IMG/VR virus record: IMGVR_UViG_3300000233_000003
Coordinates: 1-47,771 of that record
Strand: one strand, 5' to 3'
Source: a virus
DNA length: 47,771 nucleotides
The notes under the pieces were generated by a model that was not told the DNA's origin, searched no databases, and was given only the letters and a program-made list of their open reading frames with translations. The position numbers and the translations under genes were made by a program. Positions 27,127-34,795 of the stretch are shown here, piece by piece (the stretch's first letter is position 1; every line of letters starts with the position of its first letter).

Positions 27127-27489
27127 TTATCCTTGCAGTTTCATTCTTTTTGCGTATTCATCTTGCTTGGCAGTAATCATAAAGACATCATCCTTAAGCT
27201 CCTGCATGGTAGGCATGATTACTTCGTCTTGATTAGAATTGCACAAGGCGCAGGCTACACGGTGAAAGATATCTACGCAAATATCCATACTAATCTCATC
27301 GAACTTGAGCCTATCCTCCTTATCAATCTTACTACCCACCATCATGATAGTCATTGCATGGAAGTTGACAACATTCAGGATAATGTAAAGACCATTCAAA
27401 TAGGCACGGCCTTTAATCTTAGCCAGATTCTCAGTGATATCTTCTACATCCTCCATGAAATTCCCTACACCTGCTGGTAATTTGCTCAT
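27127..27489 (-). CDS. Hypothetical protein (120 aa)
   Basis: ATG start, 4-nt spacing to the next gene. No motif recognised. Confidence 0.65.
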   Translation of the reverse strand: MSKLPAGVGNFMEDVEDITENLAKIKGRAYLNGLYIILNVVNFHAMTIMMVGSKIDKEDRLKFDEISMDICVDIFHRVACALCNSNQDEVIMPTMQELKDDVFMITAKQDEYAKRMKLQG

Positions 27490-27501
27490 GATAATCTTTC
27501 C

Positions 27502-28410
27502 TTAAAGTATGGTTGTGATTCTCTTGACATGATCTTGGATTAAATCTTCCAGTTCATAGACAAACTGATATTCAATAGTATCTTCTGGTATCTCCTTTGG
27601 AATATCTAGTGTATGCAAGGAACATACTCCAAAGTTACGGCATGGTCTATTGTATTGGAGACAAGACTCGCCACGCTTAGGATACACATTAATCGCCGCC
27701 ATGCGCTCAAGATGCTCTATGTCAAGGCCAAGGGAAACAAACCAGTTAAGTCTATCTCCTAGTGTTTTAGTCCATTCGAAGGTTTGAATCTTCGGCATGA
27801 AGTCTTTGCCAAGCTGTGCTACAAAATAGAGTACACCGTAGTCTGATAACTCCTCCCCAACAATCTTATCAAGTGTGATAGAATAACCTAAAGCCTGCCC
27901 TGAGTTCTGATACAAAGGAGAGAGGTCGAATAAAGCCAAGCCTGTTGTCTTACACTCGAACACTACATGAACTCCACTGTACCTATTACGGAGAACAGCA
28001 TCAATGTATCCCACATAGTAGTAGTTGCTTTTGGTATTCAATCGAAAGCTAAGCTCTACAGCAGGTCGGCTTTCGAAGGATACTATCTCATAGTCCATCA
28101 AGATTGTATCAAGTTTAGGAATAGCAGCTTCTACAGCAGCAATACAACGGGCAACAGACTTCTTATCAGTCTCTATCTCAGGCCAGTATGCAAGCCATGC
28201 TTCGTATAAAGCTCTGGAAGCATCCTGTGTTACCAAGTAGGTAGCCACCCCAGCACCGAAGCCTTTGCCGAAGCTCATATGCTCTGACTCTTCTTTTGCC
28301 AAGTCATTAACAAGGAGCTTATCTAACTGGAACTTACGCTCACAGGTATGTAAAGTCTGGAGTGTAGAATGAGATAGACGGAATGGTTTACTCTCTTTCG
28401 TCGTTTTCAC
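27502..28410 (-). CDS. PD-(D/E)XK nuclease, Cas4/RecB-like with a C-terminal Cys cluster (302 aa)
   Basis: N-terminal SHSTLQTLHTCERKF. Core GYIDAVLR...VVFECKT (D...E-x-K). C-terminal CLQYNRPCRNFGVC gives the 1+3 Cys pattern of Cas4-type Fe-S nucleases. GTG start with GAGGGA SD, overlapping the upstream gene. Confidence 0.7.
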   Translation of the reverse strand: MKTTKESKPFRLSHSTLQTLHTCERKFQLDKLLVNDLAKEESEHMSFGKGFGAGVATYLVTQDASRALYEAWLAYWPEIETDKKSVARCIAAVEAAIPKLDTILMDYEIVSFESRPAVELSFRLNTKSNYYYVGYIDAVLRNRYSGVHVVFECKTTGLALFDLSPLYQNSGQALGYSITLDKIVGEELSDYGVLYFVAQLGKDFMPKIQTFEWTKTLGDRLNWFVSLGLDIEHLERMAAINVYPKRGESCLQYNRPCRNFGVCSLHTLDIPKEIPEDTIEYQFVYELEDLIQDHVKRITTIL

Positions 28411-28888
28411 GAAGATACTCCCTCATAGTAAGTGGAGGCATTGCAAGATTCGTGGTAGGAATGATGTCCTGCTGAGTGTAGTGCCTAGGCATCTTATCCG
28501 CATGCAGCCTATCGAGATTAGCAATGACTAACATAAGCTCTGCTTCAAATGATCCGTAATCTACACTAGGAGGACGGTCATCAATTAGAGTACCACATAC
28601 TTTTGCATCAATGATGATGTTCAGGCAGGCAATAGCAGAGCCAAGGTGCGGTACTTTGGTAGTAGGATCAGCCCATTCCCCATTGATCCACTTCTCCATG
28701 TGGCGTTTACAGGCATCAACATAGATAGAAGCTCTCACTGGGTTGCCCCTCCAGTTCCAGCGCCCATACTTCACATTGCCTTCATGATGTGCAAGGCTCT
28801 GAATAGCCAAGGCAGTTGCAGGGATCAGGCCAAGGGGAATCTTTGTTGCACCGATAGCATCTTTTGGGTTGCCGGTATTCTTATTCAT
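28388..28888 (-). CDS. MazG-type all-alpha NTP pyrophosphohydrolase, resembling the phage dATP/dGTP diphosphohydrolase N-terminal domain (DUF5664-like), 166 aa
   Basis: KDAIGATKIPLGLIPATALAIQSLAHHEGNVKYGRWNWRG...ACKRHMEKWINGEWADPTTKVPHLGSAIACL fits the family pattern K.D.GK..L.L.P..AL...A.V...G..KY....W......A..RH......GE..D..SG..HL. I moved the start to the ATG at 28888 (SD AAGGA). The track's N-terminal 35 aa look non-coding. Confidence 0.5.
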   Translation of the reverse strand: MNKNTGNPKDAIGATKIPLGLIPATALAIQSLAHHEGNVKYGRWNWRGNPVRASIYVDACKRHMEKWINGEWADPTTKVPHLGSAIACLNIIIDAKVCGTLIDDRPPSVDYGSFEAELMLVIANLDRLHADKMPRHYTQQDIIPTTNLAMPPLTMREYLRENDERE

Positions 28889-29090
28889 AATAATATCCTT
28901 TCTTAGTAGGGAAGTCAGTAGGCATGGAGATAGCCTTAACATAGGCAGAAGTAACAACAGCAATCCCACCATTGCGCTCAATAGCCAGTGCAAAGAGATT
29001 AGCTGTTTCTAGCTTAGGAAACACAACAGTCTGCTGCGGTTCTTTAGGTGCTTCTTTGTAAGTCACCTTATATTCAAGAGATAGGAACAT
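28881..29090 (-). CDS. Hypothetical protein (69 aa)
   Basis: ATG at 29090 is preceded by GAAGGAGAATAAG. The track's longer ORF from 29228 has an implausible hydrophobic N-terminus. Confidence 0.55.
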   Translation of the reverse strand: MFLSLEYKVTYKEAPKEPQQTVVFPKLETANLFALAIERNGGIAVVTSAYVKAISMPTDFPTKKGYYYE

Positions 29091-29091
29091 C

Positions 29092-29241
29092 TTATTCTCC
29101 TTCAAGGAAAAGGTAGTAGATAGCAAAGAGATGTAATGGACAAGCAATCCTAATCTCTGCAATAGTTTTCCTGGCTTCAGCCAGTGTAAGTATAACAGAG
29201 GTAACAGCCTTCCTGTCCATAAGATCAACTATGACGTACAT
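29092..29241 (-). CDS. Hypothetical small protein (49 aa)
   Basis: ATG at 29241. Its stop TAA lies inside the SD region of the next gene (TAAGATG), which suggests translational coupling. It fills an otherwise 173-nt gap. Confidence 0.4.
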   Translation of the reverse strand: MYVIVDLMDRKAVTSVILTLAEARKTIAEIRIACPLHLFAIYYLFLEGE

Positions 29242-29263
29242 TGTAATTAACTTTCGTAGAAAG

Positions 29264-29935
29264 TCAAAGGGAATCAAAAGCTGCTGCGATTTCTTCAGCC
29301 GTCAGGTTCTTAGAAGCTCTTGCTTTCTTAGGACCTTTTTCCTTGGTAGTAGTAGCTTCCACAACAGCTTCTTGGCGCATGGCCCGCAGAGCAATAACCA
29401 TCTGGCCAATATCCTGCGGGAGCATAAGATAGCAAGCCTGTGGATTCTGTAGCAGAGAAGCTTTCAAATCCTTCATAGCATCAGGAAGATCAGACTCACT
29501 CATGTCACTAAGAAGGTTGATCTTGGCTTTGATATCAGCGTAGGCTTGCGCTGTCTTAGCATCTGCCTCATTAGGCTTGGTACTGCTGATGGAGCTTTCT
29601 TCTGACTTCGCAGCAATAGGAACAGCCACAGGTAATGAGGGTGTAATAGGAGGCTGGGTTGCTGCTACTATGGGAGCTCCTGCTGCCTGAGCTTTCTCGA
29701 GAGCTTTCTTGAGAGCCATTCTCTCTGCGAATGTTAGTGGAACGTCTGCTGGAATTGTCTTTGCTTGGGTCAATTCCGATTGCTGCACAGAATTCTGGAT
29801 TGGTTTGCATAATGCTTCCTTCTTTTCTTCCACAACAGGGATAGTATCTTCTACGTGCTTGACGGTTACATCCACCATCTTAGGGGCAGCAGCTAGTGCT
29901 TTCTTTGCTGCCAGCTTTTCTGCAAGTGTTGCCAT
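29264..29935 (-). CDS. Hypothetical Ala/Pro-rich protein (223 aa) carrying two AE(K/R)(L/M)A(A/L)KKAL peptides
   Basis: N-terminal MATLAEKLAAKKALAAAP, internal PLTFAERMALKKALEKAQAAG, and a long low-complexity middle. Confidence 0.7.
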   Translation of the reverse strand: MATLAEKLAAKKALAAAPKMVDVTVKHVEDTIPVVEEKKEALCKPIQNSVQQSELTQAKTIPADVPLTFAERMALKKALEKAQAAGAPIVAATQPPITPSLPVAVPIAAKSEESSISSTKPNEADAKTAQAYADIKAKINLLSDMSESDLPDAMKDLKASLLQNPQACYLMLPQDIGQMVIALRAMRQEAVVEATTTKEKGPKKARASKNLTAEEIAAAFDSL

Positions 29936-29955
29936 GATTATCTCCTTGACAGATG

Positions 29956-30264
29956 TTAGGAATGGAAGTGCTTGGATACTGTCTTACCAAGAACATCCTT
30001 TTGTTTAAAGGAAAGCCTGTTGATAGCAGGATTCTTTTCAAGCCATGCAAGGCAGCTCTGGCAGAATCCGCTTTCCCAACTATTCAATTTGGCGTTAGCC
30101 AAGAGATCATGCAATTGGTCAATCTGAATCTCAGTGTCAGTCTTAACTGCAAGGGAAGCAGCTTCTGCAATAGCATTCATATGAGCATTATAAGCATCTT
30201 CGTCTCTCTCGCTCATGGTAGGAATATCTTCCATAGGAGAGTCAAAAGGGTCAGAGTTCATCAT
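29956..30264 (-). CDS. Hypothetical protein (102 aa)
   Basis: ATG at 30264 has GAGG 6 nt upstream. The track start at 30276 is a TTG. Confidence 0.6.
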   Translation of the reverse strand: MMNSDPFDSPMEDIPTMSERDEDAYNAHMNAIAEAASLAVKTDTEIQIDQLHDLLANAKLNSWESGFCQSCLAWLEKNPAINRLSFKQKDVLGKTVSKHFHS

Positions 30265-30637
30265 CAGGCACCTCAATGTTAATAACAGTCACGCTCTTAC
30301 GAGCACCAAGCTTTACACGAACACAAGTATGTTCTTTATTTTCTTCCTTTGTAACAGAATCAATAGGGAAGTATGTCAGGAAGGAAAGAATGTCAGTACC
30401 AGCCTTGACGCCAGCTTTACTGAGCTTATATGTATCCTTCCCTTTCCGTGCGTACAAGCCCTTCTTGAGAACATCCACTTGCTCTGTTGGAACAGTGATA
30501 ATAATATCACGCTTCTCGATAAGAAGGTCCATAAGCTCACGGAAGTTATAGGAAAGATCTTCTGGATCATTGATGCTAGTATCTTCCTCCATTGGTGGAT
30601 CATTGATATCCGGGATTTCTATGTTGGGTTGAATCAT
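30251..30637 (-). CDS. Hypothetical protein (128 aa), acidic N-terminus
   Basis: ATG start overlapping the upstream stop by 4 nt. Confidence 0.65.
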   Translation of the reverse strand: MIQPNIEIPDINDPPMEEDTSINDPEDLSYNFRELMDLLIEKRDIIITVPTEQVDVLKKGLYARKGKDTYKLSKAGVKAGTDILSFLTYFPIDSVTKEENKEHTCVRVKLGARKSVTVINIEVPDDEL

Positions 30638-30849
30638 TTTACTGCTTTCTGAGAGTTGGAGAATTGCAAGATAGCCTGCACTTTAGCTTCAGAGAGTGAT
30701 TTCTGAAAGCTCATAAAGGTTATCATATTAGAACACTCACGGATAATTTTCAGCTCATGCTCTAACTCTGCTGCCATCATTTGATCTAATGTAGGCTGCA
30801 AGAATATACTGCGAATGCGAGATATTAGATTGTTGAGTGGTGTAGGCAT
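30634..30849 (-). CDS. Hypothetical protein (71 aa), probably translated from a leaderless mRNA
   Basis: There is no SD upstream of the ATG at 30849. A TTGACT-17-TACAAT promoter ends 5 nt before the ATG. Confidence 0.55.
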   Translation of the reverse strand: MPTPLNNLISRIRSIFLQPTLDQMMAAELEHELKIIRECSNMITFMSFQKSLSEAKVQAILQFSNSQKAVK

Positions 30850-30854
30850 AGTAT

Positions 30855-30883
30855 ATTGTAAGGGTAAAAAAGTGAAAAGTCAA
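30855..30883 (-). promoter_or_regulatory. Sigma70-type promoter (TTGACT, 17 nt, TACAAT) on the - strand
   Basis: On the - strand the -35 hexamer is at 30883..30878 and the -10 hexamer at 30860..30855. Only 5 nt (atact) separate the -10 hexamer from the ATG at 30849. Confidence 0.6.
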
Positions 30884-30922
30884 GATGGAAAAGTGGGATA
30901 TTTTTTATTATCTCCTTTCAAG

Positions 30923-31123
30923 TTATTCTTTCTTCGGACCTGCCCACTGAGTCTTAGGCTCACTACAATGTTTCATGTAGAAGTGGATCAGATAATGAAT
31001 GATCTGTATATAGGACATGGTAATCCCAGTGTTCTGACGGATGTGTTCTTTGACAGTATCTATATCAGTGGATACAGGGATTGTGATTCTCTTTTGCTTC
31101 TTAGTAGACGGTGGCATTGCCAT
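30923..31123 (-). CDS. Putative ribbon-helix-helix (Arc/CopG-like) DNA-binding protein (66 aa)
   Basis: KRITIPVSTDIDTVKEHIRQNTGITMSYIQIIHYLIHFY fits the strand-helix-helix layout of RHH repressors. It lies directly upstream of the internal promoter. Confidence 0.4.
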   Translation of the reverse strand: MAMPPSTKKQKRITIPVSTDIDTVKEHIRQNTGITMSYIQIIHYLIHFYMKHCSEPKTQWAGPKKE

Positions 31124-31469
31124 TTCTTTTCTCCTGTTCTATAAGTTTGTTTAAAAGGATTTTCTGATCATCCAGTGTATAATATCTTTTCACATCCTCC
31201 ATAATCATGGCTGTACCAACAAGGAAGGATAAGGAAGATTCATTTGCCTGCATAGAGGCTATCTTCATGGCAAGAGGGATATAGTGTTTTTGTTTTCTGT
31301 CAGGTATAGGAGAGCGTAGGCCAATCCATACTTGCATTGTTATCAAAGAGGAGTTTGTTATAGAGCCTGTGAAGTAAAGAATAGAAAGAGCCATGTGCAA
31401 CTCCTTCCATCCCTCACTTTCTACTATTGAAGCAAACTCTGGTTCATCTAGGTCAATGATTTCTATCAT
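31101..31469 (-). CDS. Hypothetical protein (122 aa)
   Basis: ATG start. Overlaps its neighbours at both ends, consistent with operon packing. Confidence 0.6.
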   Translation of the reverse strand: MIEIIDLDEPEFASIVESEGWKELHMALSILYFTGSITNSSLITMQVWIGLRSPIPDRKQKHYIPLAMKIASMQANESSLSFLVGTAMIMEDVKRYYTLDDQKILLNKLIEQEKRNGNATVY

Positions 31470-31707
31470 TGCTATTCTCTATAGGAGAGTGCAATATCTG
31501 CCTCATAGCTACAAGTTTCGCATGAGTCTTTCTAACATCATAGGCCGCATTGTAATTCCCTGCCCTATCGTATGCTGTAGAAAGCTTCTGTAAATGATAG
31601 ATAGCAGACTTCAGAAGGCAGTCAGCATAGGCCAACTTCTCTGCAATAGAGGCTCCCATTGCTGGAAGAATGCAGACTCCGATTGGCTGTCCCATGTGGT
31701 TTTTCAT
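31453..31707 (-). CDS. Hypothetical protein (84 aa)
   Basis: ATG start forming an ATGA overlap with the upstream gene. Confidence 0.6.
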   Translation of the reverse strand: MKNHMGQPIGVCILPAMGASIAEKLAYADCLLKSAIYHLQKLSTAYDRAGNYNAAYDVRKTHAKLVAMRQILHSPIENSNDRNH

Positions 31708-32165
31708 ACTGGTTCCTTATGTGCTGTGTGGGTAGGAGAAGTGGAGCTTGCTTTCATAGCAGACAGCCGGGTAAGAATAGAGAGTGCAATATCCACCTCA
31801 GATAGAAGCCAGTTCACTTGCATCTGGAGTTCATAGACTTCGCTGGCTTTCAGGTCAGTGTAGGCAATATCCATTAGACGGTGGCCAAGGGAAACAGCCT
31901 GCCCACGGATACCAGATAGGGCAAACTTAGCACTTCCTAGTAATGCCCCTCTATTCTGTGCGGCAGTTCTTCCGTGGGCACCTTTCTTTCTTTGATTTAG
32001 ATAATAGGTAGCGGTGCCTCTGATCCGTGGCATAGCTTCCTCTGGAATCTCAAACACCTTATTCTTAAGAGCTACATCGTATGGGACAACACCTGTTGTA
32101 GAGATCGTAATAAGATCAGCCTCAGGCAATAGAGAGATCCAATGATATTTTGCTTTTGCGTGCAT
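31704..32165 (-). CDS. Hypothetical protein (153 aa)
   Basis: ATG start 20 nt downstream of the helicase stop. No motif recognised. Confidence 0.65.
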   Translation of the reverse strand: MHAKAKYHWISLLPEADLITISTTGVVPYDVALKNKVFEIPEEAMPRIRGTATYYLNQRKKGAHGRTAAQNRGALLGSAKFALSGIRGQAVSLGHRLMDIAYTDLKASEVYELQMQVNWLLSEVDIALSILTRLSAMKASSTSPTHTAHKEPV

Positions 32166-32185
32166 TTTCTTACTCCTATAAAAAA

Positions 32186-34267
32186 TCAGATAGAACCAGC
32201 TGGAAGAAGGGGAACATAAGTGCCAAGATCAGCCCCGCTGTTGAAGTATTCAAGCTTATCAGCAAGGGTGTTGCCTTTGATACGCTGGTTCTTGATACTC
32301 TTTTCAATGACCTGCCTTGTAGCAATGAGAGTAACTTTTGTCCTTGCTCTGGTAGCAGCAGTATAAAAGAGTTCCCTATAGAGGGAGACAGCGAAGTCTT
32401 TAAAGAGAATAATAAAGACCTTGCGCCATTCTGATCCCTGTGCTTTGTGTACTGTCAGGACATAGCCAAGAGAAAAGATAGCGGAAGCGAAGTCCCCGGT
32501 GGCAGATAGAGTATCCCAAGTGCCGTCCTCATACGTTACTGTTACACAATGGGAAGCTTGCTGCTTACGCTCTGCCTTTTCTTCCTCTAAAGCTTCTAGA
32601 GAGAAGTTGGAATAGTCAAGCATAATATCATCCAGTTCATCCTTATGCGTACTCAGGCGCCTTGTACCAAAGCGTAGCAAGTCTGACCCAGGAAGCTGTG
32701 GTTCCTTGCCGAAATAGGCAGAGTTACGTTCAATAGAAGTGATGATACCATCTCGCTTGTTGTACATAACCTTGTCACCAAGTGCAATATATACCTTGTT
32801 CATACCAGCAAGAACTTCATGGACAATAGCATTCCTTCTATCCCCAAGGAACTGCGCTATGTGTTTGTTGAGATTATCTGTTCCAAGAGCCTGCTTATTC
32901 CAAGGAGAGAGGATCATGCAATCTTCAGGATCATACTCAGCTTCGCCGTCCTTATCTTTTTTATCATAGAGAGCCTCAAAGAATCCTCGCAGCATATAGG
33001 AAACCTTCTCCTGCCCGACTTGCACTTTATTTCCTTTCTTATCTTTCCCAAGGGGCTCAACCACTCTATAATTATCATCTTCTACGATAGAACGTCCTGA
33101 CAGAATGTTATGTGCATTCTCTAAAACAACACCTTGATTCCTATAGACTTCAGTTAGCTCAACAACAGGAAGATTAATCAGGGCATAGTTTAAGACTGAG
33201 GGGCCAAAGACTGGCGGAAGCTGGTTAATATCCCCAATGAATATGATCTGCACTCCAGCGGGCAAGGCTTCATAGAGGCGCATCCAGAGATCATGAGCGC
33301 CAACCATAGAAGCTTCTTCGATGATAAGGTGTGTGATATCCAAGGGATTAGAAGCTGTACGCTTAGGAGCAAAGCGGAACTCATCCTTATTTTCTGTAGA
33401 ATCCCAGTATGTTTCCGGCTCATACTCAAGGAGAGAGTGGATGGTCATAATGTTATTCTTAAGAGCTTCTTCCATCTCAGGGCTTTTATGAATAGCTCTG
33501 CGAAGATTAGAAGCAGCCCGCCGTGTGTATGCTACAAAGGCAATGCTAGGAGCACTAAGATATACACGCTCACCTTCTTTGGTGTAGCTCTTAAAGACAG
33601 ACGTTTTCAGTCGTGCATCATCTAACAAAGTCTCAGCCACTGAACGCTGCGTGGTTGTCTTACCTGTTCCAGCAGCTCCTATTAGGACATAGCTTTTCCC
33701 AGATAGGGCCATCTCTTTTGCATGGAGCTGCTTATCATTTAGCTGTATTGAAAGAGAGAAGCTCTCTCCTTTGCTATTGAAGGAAGTAGGAGTGGCTAAG
33801 GCAATAGCTTTGTCTGAAAGAAGCTCATCAGCATAGACAGCCGCTACTTCTGCAATGAATTCTTCTTTATCAATTGTTACTGCTGAGGGAGATATGTAGG
33901 AGGAGGATTCAATAGAGGAAAAAGGATCATTCTCTTTTATCAGAGTAGTATCAGGAGAAGGAAATCCCAACATACTGTGGATAGTAGGAGCCACTAACTC
34001 AGAAGCTACTATTGTTGTGGAAGCGGGAAGCATGGAAGTGGCCTGGCCTTCGGCCTGTTGCTCAATAGCTTCTTCTATCTTGGCTTGGAACTTTTCAAAG
34101 AGAATATGCTCTAAAGAGCCTTCCTCTAACATGGCCAAGGCTTTCTTCTTGAGGATATTCTTGACAATAGCAGAGCCACAGGTTTTATAGACTGCCTCAG
34201 TGAGAGCATTGAATTCTGTGTTGAAGGACACAATTTCCTTCTTAACGTGGTTGATAGCGAGGTTCAT
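32186..34267 (-). CDS. RecD/Dda-like SF1 DNA helicase (693 aa) with a ~200-aa N-terminal extension of unknown function
   Basis: Walker A GAAGTGKTT, Walker B LIIEEASMV, motif III FIGDINQLPPV, and VYRNQ. The C-terminal TVHKAQGSEW matches the RecD/TraA-type motif. I moved the start to the ATG at 34267 (SD GAAGGAAG), directly after the upstream stop at 34269. Confidence 0.8.
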   Translation of the reverse strand: MNLAINHVKKEIVSFNTEFNALTEAVYKTCGSAIVKNILKKKALAMLEEGSLEHILFEKFQAKIEEAIEQQAEGQATSMLPASTTIVASELVAPTIHSMLGFPSPDTTLIKENDPFSSIESSSYISPSAVTIDKEEFIAEVAAVYADELLSDKAIALATPTSFNSKGESFSLSIQLNDKQLHAKEMALSGKSYVLIGAAGTGKTTTQRSVAETLLDDARLKTSVFKSYTKEGERVYLSAPSIAFVAYTRRAASNLRRAIHKSPEMEEALKNNIMTIHSLLEYEPETYWDSTENKDEFRFAPKRTASNPLDITHLIIEEASMVGAHDLWMRLYEALPAGVQIIFIGDINQLPPVFGPSVLNYALINLPVVELTEVYRNQGVVLENAHNILSGRSIVEDDNYRVVEPLGKDKKGNKVQVGQEKVSYMLRGFFEALYDKKDKDGEAEYDPEDCMILSPWNKQALGTDNLNKHIAQFLGDRRNAIVHEVLAGMNKVYIALGDKVMYNKRDGIITSIERNSAYFGKEPQLPGSDLLRFGTRRLSTHKDELDDIMLDYSNFSLEALEEEKAERKQQASHCVTVTYEDGTWDTLSATGDFASAIFSLGYVLTVHKAQGSEWRKVFIILFKDFAVSLYRELFYTAATRARTKVTLIATRQVIEKSIKNQRIKGNTLADKLEYFNSGADLGTYVPLLPAGSI

Positions 34268-34268
34268 A

Positions 34269-34481
34269 TTATCTTCCTTCTGCTTCAAGGATAAGGAGTG
34301 CGTATAGGAATTGTTCTTCATTGGTAAGATCAGAAGGGTATTCTTCTGGTTCAGCATAGACACTAAGTGCCAGATGATAATCAGTCCAAACTAGGGATGA
34401 CATTCTACTCCCTACCATATAAGTTGGAACCATATCAGCTACTAGCTGTTCAAGGGTAATGTATTCTATGTTCATGCTCAT
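34269..34481 (-). CDS. Hypothetical acidic protein (70 aa)
   Basis: ATG start, tightly packed between neighbouring genes. Confidence 0.6.
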   Translation of the reverse strand: MSMNIEYITLEQLVADMVPTYMVGSRMSSLVWTDYHLALSVYAEPEEYPSDLTNEEQFLYALLILEAEGR

Positions 34482-34482
34482 G

Positions 34483-34791
34483 TTAGTTCTTCTTAGAAGA
34501 AGTAGGAGGAAATGTGTTGCAGGTTTCAGAATAATCTGTCAGCCAAGAAGTATCGTCTGGCATATAGCCGAGAGGAATCTCGTACATCTTATAGGCAGAG
34601 TTAAGGATAACAGTAGCGAAATCAAGGTCAGTGAAGGAAAGAATCCAGATCACCGTGCCATACGTGTCCATCATGATAGAGCGAGCTTCACTCTCAGTAG
34701 GAGCTGTCACTACCATATAGCCACTATGAAAGGAAGATGATGGGTGGAAGGTGAAATAATATCTGTTTGAGGTGGGAGATAAGGTGTTCAT
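34483..34791 (-). CDS. Hypothetical protein (102 aa)
   Basis: ATG at 34791 lies 5 nt after the upstream stop. The track start at 34827 is a TTG. Confidence 0.55.
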   Translation of the reverse strand: MNTLSPTSNRYYFTFHPSSSFHSGYMVVTAPTESEARSIMMDTYGTVIWILSFTDLDFATVILNSAYKMYEIPLGYMPDDTSWLTDYSETCNTFPPTSSKKN

Positions 34792-34795
34792 GTTA

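Noticed and set aside
28388-28888. A Z-genome (2-aminoadenine) or other base-modification pathway inferred from the MazG-like gene
   Set aside because: No PurZ-like adenylosuccinate-synthetase homologue, DatZ-like HD phosphohydrolase, or other nucleotide-modifying enzyme was recognisable anywhere in the 43.6 kb.
28889-28993. N-terminal extensions offered by the ORF track for several - strand genes: 28388..28993, 28881..29228, 32186..34363, 35453..36886, 34483..34827, 34796..35131 and 29956..30276
   Set aside because: Depending on the gene, the extensions start at TTG codons, overlap the preceding gene extensively, or encode hydrophobic nonsense. Internal ATGs with SD sequences placed right after the upstream stop codons fit operon packing better. 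The start of 35453..36718 remains the least certain.
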